From assembly GCA_012295275.1 (NCBI GenBank), contig CM022670.1:7254001-7318000 (forward strand): 64,000 nucleotides of DNA. Direction: 5' to 3'. The stretch is from Chrysomallon squamiferum. Taxonomy: Eukaryota > Animalia > Mollusca. Positions 38,219-64,000 of the stretch are shown piece by piece. The notes beneath the pieces are model-generated. The model worked only from the letters and a program-made list of their open reading frames with translations. It was not told the DNA's origin and made no database searches. Both the position numbers and the translations under genes were made by a program. Positions within the stretch are counted from its first letter, which is position 1, and the number at the start of each line of letters is the position of its first letter.

Positions 38219-38758
38219 GGGTAGAGCTGGGTAAAAGGACCCCTTGGTGTAAAAAGCCCACTGGTTTTGTAGCAAAGTGTAGAGATGAACTGAAACCAGA
38301 AGCTACACCATAAGATTCAACTGACGTCTTAGTTATATTCCTCCTATACCCCGAAGCGTTACCTATAAGTAACTTAAGTATTTTATGAAATTTCGCACTT
38401 TTGACAATATCGTATAATATTTTGTATTCATGTTTTAGGTTAAAATGCTGCGACGTTAGGAAAGGATTTATTGACTTTATATTTAATAGCTTGTTTTGAT
38501 TTGTGACAGAATAGTTGATGGTGCACTCATTCAAATTTTGCGTGGGGTAAAAGCTGCATGGTTGGCCTTTTGCCCCAGGCCTCGCATAAAGGCCTTCATT
38601 ACAAGATATTATTCTGCAATAAATGTGAGTGGTTTATTATATTGTTTTAATATCACAAATAAACAAATTCGATTCCTCTGTGCATAAATTATATTTACTA
38701 CTCAAAACAGCGAAAAGATACTAAATATATAAGGGGAGCCTTTTACCCGACTCTACTA
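38219..38758. mobile_element. MITE-like non-autonomous DNA transposon with ~25-bp terminal inverted repeats
   Basis: Left GTAGAGCTGGGTAAAAGGACCCCTT (38221-38245) versus reverse complement of right 38731-38756, GTAGAGTCGGGTAAAAGGCTCCCCTT. TA lies near both ends; internal GGGGTAAAAG/CTTTTGCCCC sub-repeats; no transposase ORF. Confidence 0.75.
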
Positions 38759-39258
38759 CCATACATTGATTCGTAAAATATACATTTATGAATCTAGATA
38801 ATTTGATTCGTTTATTTTTTTATTGTTAATCTTTTTTTGTTTGTTTCGCAAACTTTGTTTAATTGTAATAGCCGCATTATCTAAATATTAACAATAACGT
38901 GCATTCTGTGAAAATTACTTTGCTGTAAGAATATTAACTAATAAAACATAAGAAAAACAGATGATGCAATCTGTTAAAGGCGAAATTTACAACAGAAGGA
39001 AAATAATCCGTGTAGAATCAGAGTTAATTCGGATCTGGAGAGTGTAATCTGTGTATATGCTAATCTGCTTGTGCGTTTGTATACATCTTATTTCAGACAT
39101 TTCAGTGGTTACGTAGCGAAAGTAAACAGTGCAAGAATCCATCGTAATTTTAGATAAGTCTGTTTGAACGTTACGACAAGCCTATGTCACAGGACGATCC
39201 AGAATTATTTGTACAAAATAACATGCACGCACGCACACACACACACATACATAAAAAA

Positions 39259-39324
<66 letters not shown>

Positions 39325-40085
39325 AAAACGTAATCCAGAAGAAAAGAAAAAGGTTGTTTTTTTAATGGGTGAAGTAGAAAATTATATTTATTTATTTATT
39401 TATTTATTTATTATCTATTAGTTAATTTATTTATTTATTCATCCATTTATCTATGTATTTGATCAGTATATTTATACTATATTCGGAGTAAAAATAAAAG
39501 GCTCAGTCTTGCACAATCTGAAATACAAGGTATAAAATATTACACACAGCCATCAGTGGAATAATGAATTGAGATGGTATGGAATGGTTCACGTATCAGA
39601 AACAGACGTGGATGGAATTCTATGTATAATAAATAGTTTTAGAAATTTAAAGCTCCGTCAAATAGCTGTATTGCTGAAAACTGTTACAATAGACTTAAAT
39701 CTTTTAAAACAAATTGTACAGTTTATGTAGTTTTCAAAATGAAATCAGAATGTTTCAGAATCATATGTATTCATTGTTTTGACTGATTCAAAATCTGTTT
39801 TGCAGATTTAATTTAAAAAAAAAAAAGAATTCTTTCTTTCTTTCTTTTTTATATCCAAGCATCAGAGGAAAAATTTATTTTCTTAAACATTTTCACGCAA
39901 CAGATAAAAAACACCAAAACAACCCCTCCTCGTCCAAACCCCAACAACAAGCCTCAAAACTAAAAACAAAAAAAAAAAAAAAAAAAAAAGAAAAAAAAGA
40001 CAGCTGTTGTTGAAATTGTTTACAGTAAATTATTATAAATCATATGCTCATTCAATTTCAGATGCTTTAAATAAATAAATAAATA

Positions 40086-40181
<96 letters not shown>

Positions 40182-41318
40182 GTTCAATCTCAAGTTTGAA
40201 TTAAAGAGTACCTCTTTTTCAGGTCAAATTAATTATACTGTGAGTTCAAAACGATTAACTTTTTTTAAAATTAAAATTTATTAAAATATATGTAAATGAA
40301 TTTAGCAGCAAATAACATTGATGTGAACTGAGGTAAAAATCTGTTTCTTTGGTTTAAAAAACCCCACAGAAATGGCTGTCATGCTCTGTTGGACTTAGAA
40401 AAACCTGGGGATAAATTCATCGATTCGGTTCAATGAATATGTAATTTATTATTAATTTAACTGAAGTGGTGTGAATTATGACTTCAAGTTAGCCATTACC
40501 ACCCAGACAATGTATTTGTCTGTATTGTGTATGCTTGTATGTATGTACGTATGTATGTGTGTATTTGTGTATTCAACACTGCACGCAATCTTTTTGTCGA
40601 GCATATATATTTTGGAAGTTTGGCTATATTTTGAGTAAAATATTTTCAAAATGCTTATTTTTTTATTGTTATGTATAATAATCATGTTGGGTTAAAAATC
40701 TTCGTTACATTGTTGTACACACCAAATTCTGACAGACGTCAACTAAAGTGGCTGACACTGTTGCTGTGGTTACACCACGCTGTCCTTGTTTAACGCGGTT
40801 AATTTTTCTGTATTTTTGCAGACGTCATATTTTTCTTTCGTTCGTGATGAAAATGACAAATGTGTAACACGTGTAGACCAGTTGTTTTGTGTTAAAATGT
40901 GGGTGTGCATGTACCAGTGTCACTTTAAAAAGATATTAATGACTACGATGCTTCACCCAAAATGGACCCCATTAAAATACATACAACAGAATGTTGAGTT
41001 AAAATAGCAGACAAATAAAACAACTATATATATATAAAATAACTGCACACTCGCACGTCACAACAAATCAAGAAAATTCACTTAGTAAATCAATAAATTA
41101 CAAATCGAAACAAGAAAACAACTCAGGAAAAAAGAACAACCACAAAAGCAGCAGTAGTAGCAGCAACAATTCCAACATATACAGACAGCAGTCAAGAAAT
41201 AAAGAAGTTCTACAAATTAGAAATCTAACTAGTAGCTAACATTCTTTCTTGACCCCATCCTTATTTTTACATTACTGGCTTTACTTATATTGTAGATGAG
41301 ATAAAAATTCTTCTTCTT

Positions 41319-41349
<31 letters not shown>

Positions 41350-41598
41350 TTATTATTATTATTATTGTTATTTTCTTTCAGATGTCTGACTGCCCTGGAA
41401 CTGACAGGATAATACTAAATCCTGGATCAAGAATCATTCATGTTTTACGCTGCAGTATCCAGTAATGCAGACACCAACATTCGTAATTCATTAATTTTTA
41501 TAGTTCCACTTTTGTTTCTATTCTGTCATTGTAATTACTGAAATTGCGTATGGCTGTTGCATTTTAAATGAGTTACTTCGTTTTGAACTGATTCTAAG

Positions 41599-57245
<15,647 letters not shown>

Positions 57246-57751
57246 CATGTAGAAGAAAAAAAACCACCTAAAACACCAACGAGTGATAGTATGTTAGAGA
57301 TTATATAAAGGTTGTTTAAATTACGCAAATGTAGAGTTAACTGTGTCGTTAAGTCCTTGCTTATAATTCTTTGGGGTTAGAATTAAAATATTTTAAAATA
57401 TGTCGAGTCTAAAACGAATTTTGTAATTTTTTTAATTATATTTATCGAGTCCATTAAATACATATACATGTATTAAAGTTTGCATCAGTTATAAAATCTA
57501 AAGTGGGTTATATTATTTTTGTGATTAATTTTGACTCATTAATAAAACAAATTTAATTTCCTTTTTATTAAGTTAGTGTTAGTGACCATTTTGTTGGAAG
57601 TGAAAATTTTAGAATTTAAATAATAAATAATAAATAAATATAGAGAAAACAAAATCTGTTTAGTTTTTAGAAATTTGTGCTCTAACGTTTTATAAGCAGG
57701 AGACAAAACCTCGGTATTTTGCATATTGTTATTGAATTACTGTTACTATTG

Positions 57752-57802
<51 letters not shown>

Positions 57803-58856
57803 TGTTATTACTATTACTATTATTATTATTATTATCAGCTAACATTATTCTTGTTAAACCTCTGCTGCAGGCTATAAGTGCTTCCCATTTTTAATATAAT
57901 TACAAAAACGTGGTGCTATATTTCAACAATGAATAACATATATAACTGTAATATAAGTATAATATCCATATTATATATGCCTGTGTATACACATACAGAC
58001 ATTGTAAAAAAAAAAAAATCACTTTGTAAGTACATGTACAAATGTTTTTGTTTTATATATGTTGCATATATGTGTGGATTAATGCAGAAATATTATGCTG
58101 TATGTTTTCAAACTGTATTTTTGTATATAACAGTTTCAAAAGAATATTTTGTAAAAAGATACTGAAACGAAAAACAGTCAGTGTTTAGTTTAACATTAGT
58201 TATGTTTTAGTTACAAACGATTAGTTAGTTTCACCTTTCTGTTACTAAGCGTTGGTTACCATTTTAATATAGTTTCAAGACATTTATCACTTTTTTTTAG
58301 GTTAAAAACATTTGTTATTTTTTTGAGTTACAAAACATTACTTGCTCTTTCAAATTAAAAATAAGGGTTACAAATTTAACTTACATATTTGTTACGGTTC
58401 TAAATTACACATCCAAAATTTAAAAATAATTTTAAGTTAAAGATCAAAACTGAAACCTGAAAAATATGGTTTATTTATTTATTATAAATGTTATATATTA
58501 AAGGACCAAAACAACACTATAAAAACTCTTATACTTTATTTTCACAAATTTAAGCCTTCCTTTGTAACTTAATACTGTGATGTTTACACCACATAACAAC
58601 AGGAAAATTAAGGTAATAAATTATCAACGTGTAACGCAACAGCAAGTAACTGCGTGAATTACGTTACTAATAAAATGTTAACTGCAAGAAGCTGCTTCTA
58701 GGATCAGTCACACTGATTCCGTTGACACGAAATTCATCATCAGGTGCAGCCACCTTTGCATATTTTCATCTTAGAAACAGGATTGAGAAACCTGTTTTAC
58801 ACGACGTTTTCAAATGTCGTCATCTACATCTCCGAGTTAACTGATTCATTAGTCTC

Positions 58857-58887
<31 letters not shown>

Positions 58888-59157
58888 GTTGAGATCTCTC
58901 CCAATTATATCTTTCTTGACTACTTACTGTAAATGTTTGAAGGACGTTCGCAAATAGCATGTGTAAAAGTGATGTCAGCTTTGACGCTTTCTTCGTTTTA
59001 TTTCTAACTCAGTTATTTAAATATTAACGAGACTTGGTCAAATAAAGCACTGAGTGCATCTCTGTTGTTGCAGCAGTGTGCATTCTGCTCTTCAAAATAG
59101 CAGAATCCTTTCCTTCGTCTAAGTAAACAAACGAAATTAATTATGTCGCCCCCGGTA

Positions 59158-59196
<39 letters not shown>

Positions 59197-60240
59197 TGCC
59201 ACAAGACAGAAACCAATTAAGGTTTACGAATTGTCTGATGTTATGAACGTATTTTTTTTTTGTTAGAATTTTAAGGTATTTAATACGACAATGTACCATA
59301 CCATGCTTGACTCTACACTATACTATACACGTCACTATACTATACTGTATTACACTACTTAATACTAGATTACACTACACTATACCACACCACACTACAC
59401 CACATTATACTATATTACAAATATAATTTGTAATATAGCTCATCAAAATAAATACATTTTACTATGGAAGAATGTTTAAGCATATTAAACCACCGAGAAT
59501 CCGTTAATCTGACTTTGATTGCTGTCTATATTTAACATCAGTGAACGTACTCCGTGAATAATAATAATAATTATTAAAAAAAACATATAATAATATTTTT
59601 TATTTAACCAGTAACTGCACGTATTTCTTGCTTGGTTGATTTTATTCAAATGTTTTATTATATTATATATATATTACATATTTGTATATGAAAGGACGTG
59701 CTGTTTAGACTTTGAGTTGCGGTTCAGTTACTACAGAATTTAAATCATGAAGCACTTTATGATAAAAATAGAGTATTTGTTATTTTATTAATATGCAAAT
59801 CCAGATAAAAAGAGAAATCAACCGGCATCTTTCTGTCTTCTGCTGTATTTTTTTTTGCCAGTCACTGTTTTGTCTTTATAATGAAACTAAAATTTCTAGT
59901 ATAAAATCAATGGTTCTCATTTTATTATTACTATTTTGTTTTTTTTAAGTTCCTGACCTGCTCTATTATTAAACTCAGTTTATATGTTCTATGCATGTAG
60001 TTAGATGGGTTTATCTGAAACCTGTTTGAGTGCATTTTCTAAATATTTCTCGTATGTGTTATTGGTTATAGTTGTCATAATGTTATGATAATAAGTGAAA
60101 TGTTTAGAGACATATGTTATAAACATTAAAAACGATGAAATGAAAAAAACGAAACGATATGTTTCTGTGTGTATGTGTGTGTGTGTAAATAAAATATATA
60201 TATAATTAAAAATTAAGAAAAAAATAAATTTAAATAATTA

Positions 60241-60296
<56 letters not shown>

Positions 60297-61892
60297 CAAC
60301 AACAACAACTATAATAATAATAATAACAATAATAAAAGACTTTAGAGGAAAAAATCAACCAAAAAGACCCTCAGGCATGAACAGACACACATAGAACAAA
60401 CATACACACCCATACAAAAGGAAAACACTTACATAAATAACTCTTCTTTCTCTCGCCCCCGCCACCCACTGACTCATTACTGAAACACAAAACTTCCACA
60501 AAGATATATCTAAACCTGCCTGTATGATGCAATGGTAAAAAAAGATACTGAAAATTACTAGGTTCATATTTTACTCATTTGAGAGGTTTCAGGCAACCAT
60601 TGTACGCTCTCTAACTTACCCGTTAAACGAATATAATTAGGTACTCAGAAAACAGACAGCCTATTATTTTTGAATACACGCATTAGACATGCTAGGACAA
60701 TGGATATGCACATTTTAAATGATTAATTATTTAAAATGACGCTGTCTTTTAAATCTGAGAAACAGTTATCTGACCAAGTCTCGTTAAAAAAGATATTTGA
60801 AAAAAAGGATAAAAAGAACGAGACTATGAACGTATAGACTCGTTAAAAAAAAAATAATTAAAAAAAAAAAATAAAAATTGTAGAATGAATAAGCTTCTAA
60901 TAGTTAAATGAAATTATTAAATGTACAGCTGCTTTCAGATTAAGTAATAAAATTTTAAAAAATACAAAAGTATATATGTATATATCTGTTTAACAAAAGT
61001 TAACCTTTAATATTTACATACAATACTGAGACTTCTTTGTATCTTACCCTGTTTGTCTTTCCTTTAACTATACCAGGAGATTTTAAAGTGATATTTGTAA
61101 TATATGCATAATATCCTTATATACATTATTAAAATATACAACATTCTTTATATTCACTAATTATCAAAAATATACGATGTATTTAATTAAATACTTTGCT
61201 TTAATTATTTAACGAAACATAATTGCTTTATTTTAATATTTAATTTATGATACACATATTAATTCATGCACACGTAAACACACACACACACACACACATA
61301 CGCATACACTGACCCGCATACATCACACATACATTGACGAACACATTTATACATAAACACAGATATACAATCAGATATACAATAAACCGTCATACTGAAA
61401 CATACATGCTAACACATCTGCCAGCTCGAACATATACAAACACACACAAACGCACATACATACACACAAAAAGGATATTAGTAATATTTTAATACAATTA
61501 TTATTTGATATTATTATTCTAAAGGAAGATAAGTAATTAACAAAAACTGTATAACAACTGTGTGCATATATCAAACATCCATTTTTTTTTTTTTTATAAC
61601 GTTCTATGTCTGTACCATTTCCTGCATAATCCAGGCACCTGTGTATAGAAGTCATTGTGTTTACCTCCTGTATCAAGAGTTTTGTATTATTACCTATATA
61701 AAGAGGCCACCTGAGCATACGTGCTTTCCGTGGCCTACGTATGTAGCATGTTGTTTGTGTTTTGTGTTGTCGCTACGACTTTCTCATACGTACGCACGCA
61801 CTTGCCCCTTAACACACACACACAGAGATATATATTCATAAACAACAGCAACAGTAGTTATAATAATAATGATGACGATGATGATGATGATG

Positions 61893-61935
<43 letters not shown>

Positions 61936-62868
61936 ATGTGTGTGTATTTGTATGAATGCAGTATAAATCTTACAGTATGATTCAACTGTAATATATATAT
62001 GTATGTGCGTATGTTGCCTGGTTCATTGGGAGTCATACGCACATCCACCCACCAACCCACACCCACACACACACACACACACATTAAAAATAATAGTAGC
62101 AGAAGCAGTAGCAGTAGCAACAGCAGCAGCAGTAGCAGCAATAAGTAGTAAATAAATAAAGATAAACAACATTTGTCATACAACTGAGAAAGACACTCCT
62201 GTAGACCCTCGCGGCATTCACGTCGACTTTAATTCATTCTTCAAAAGCTTCGCCATAGCAGGCAAAAAGCTATTTTAATTTAAAATGGCCGCGGCAGTGT
62301 CCTATTAATATTGAATTATATTAACTGCTTGTTGCAGGCCCGACCAATAACCTACAGTTGCAAGAAAAAAAAAAAAAAAGCGAGTGAAAGCTTAACGAGA
62401 ACTCGGTATAATATTTCGATTGACTAACACAAGCGAGAGAAGCGTTCTCGAAACATCTGATTGTTTAGACTGGTGCACTGCAGGGTGCCCCCACATTGTA
62501 ACGTAAAAAATGTTACGCAGAAGTCTGTTGTTGATTTTATTTTTTTCTATACACCGAAAATTATATCTAATTCATAGTCGTGTAAGAAAGGTATTTTGAA
62601 TGCAGAGTTTGTGTTACTTGCTGATTAATACACCCAAAAAGTCAATTTATTTTTTTGCTGGGGTGTCGTTAACCAAACAAATAAATAAATAAAGTCCATG
62701 TAATTAATTATACATTATTAAAGTTTGCAACATTCTTTGCTAGTTCTAGACATGGTTTTAAATGAAATCTTTTACGGTTTATGTACTAATTATCTGTAAG
62801 TTGTAAGTAGATTAGCGTGCAGATTTTGCGTTACACAATCGTATAATTATGTCCAGATGATTCAGACA

Positions 62869-62903
<35 letters not shown>

Positions 62904-63169
62904 CAAAAGTCAATCTTCATTTTAAATTTGTTTATTTAGCTGTAACGGCGTTCGTTATTTCACGTATTTAGGCAAAAATTACACTGCTAAAACAAGTTTC
63001 CATTGTGTGTATGGCGTTAGCAGTAAATTTGATACTGATTTTCAAAATGTAAAAATGTTATAATTAAATATACTGATCTAAATTATGTTAAAACAATTAT
63101 TTTGATGTCATCTTCGTTAAAAGAAAATATAATAACATGCAAGCACAGCCATAAACAAATAAATAATTC

Positions 63170-63215
<46 letters not shown>

Positions 63216-64000
63216 TGATGATGATGATGTTGATGATGATGATAACAGTAATAATAAATATTAAAAAATTAGTCTACAGTGATGATATTTATCAGTAATA
63301 ATGAAATATTAAAGTATACATGGATCATAAAACAGAACACTGTATACATCTACAACCGTGACATCACTGGTAGCAATAAATAGCAACATCTACAGCAACA
63401 AAAAAACAACAACAACAACATCGCGGTCAACAAATCATCAACGAAAATGACCACACGAAAGGAATCCCTAACCATTTGACAGCCGACAGACCCGATTTCT
63501 TTCAGTAATTCGTGACCTCAGTTGCAACCCCACAACAAAACACACTTGGTCGACAAGGAAACTATAATGACATGTTATGGGTTATCGCCCTCACACTGAG
63601 AACGTTTGCTACAATGGACGGCCAAAACCACAGCCCGGATCGACAGTTTGTTTGTCAGCTAAACCCAGAAGTAAGATTACGAACAAACGTGTCTGTTTGA
63701 TACACAGGGTTACTAAAGTTACGTTTAAAACTGTTCACACAATGGCCTTTGTGTGTGTGTGTCTGTTAGTCTGTGCGGTGGTGTGGTTGTCTGTAAACAA
63801 AAAGAAAAAGGTTTAGAGTATGAGTACGAAGAGTTTGTAAGACGGAGATGTGTGTTGATAGAACAGAAATGAGAATGTGTTGAGTTAAAATTACAAAACT
63901 GTTTAAATAAGGGGAAACAGTCTCACAGAAACAGATAGGATAAAATTATTAATAATAATAATGATAAAAATATGAAATAAAGACAACAACAAAAAAAAAA

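Noticed and set aside
63512-63816. Short ORFs in a GC-richer patch at the window end
   Set aside because: No recognisable protein motif or convincing splice sites.

Overview
AT-rich, intron- and microsatellite-rich animal genomic DNA. It is probably an invertebrate; degenerate tRNA-type SINE remnants suggest a gastropod mollusc (inference). Four protein-coding loci can be read. (1) The 3' ~21 exons of sorting nexin-25 (PXA-RGS-PX-PXC, + strand, 118-~10240; 5' end is outside the window). (2) A group-I nucleoside diphosphate kinase gene (NME1/2/awd-like, - strand, 14756-11806). It carries two tandem, diverged 102-nt copies of exon 2 that look mutually exclusive, and an upstream in-frame ATG that adds a hydrophobic 16-aa leader. 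(3) A head-to-head, single-coding-exon gene for a ~29-finger C2H2 zinc-finger protein (+, 19086-22761), broken by one extra base at ~20333 and with unusually uniform recognition helices. (4) An unrecognised ~1943-aa, mostly disordered protein made of a 5.2-kb coding exon (41599-46819) spliced to a terminal exon (56635-57245). The rest is SINE remnants, a MITE-like element and mini/microsatellites. By eye, CpG-poor DNA switches to CpG-normal DNA at ~26-27 kb. Most short ORFs in the supplied track are repeat or antisense artefacts. The best leads are the NDK isoform system (exon 2a/2b plus alternative N-terminus), the uniform-helix zinc-finger array, and two 1-nt frame breaks that may be assembly errors.
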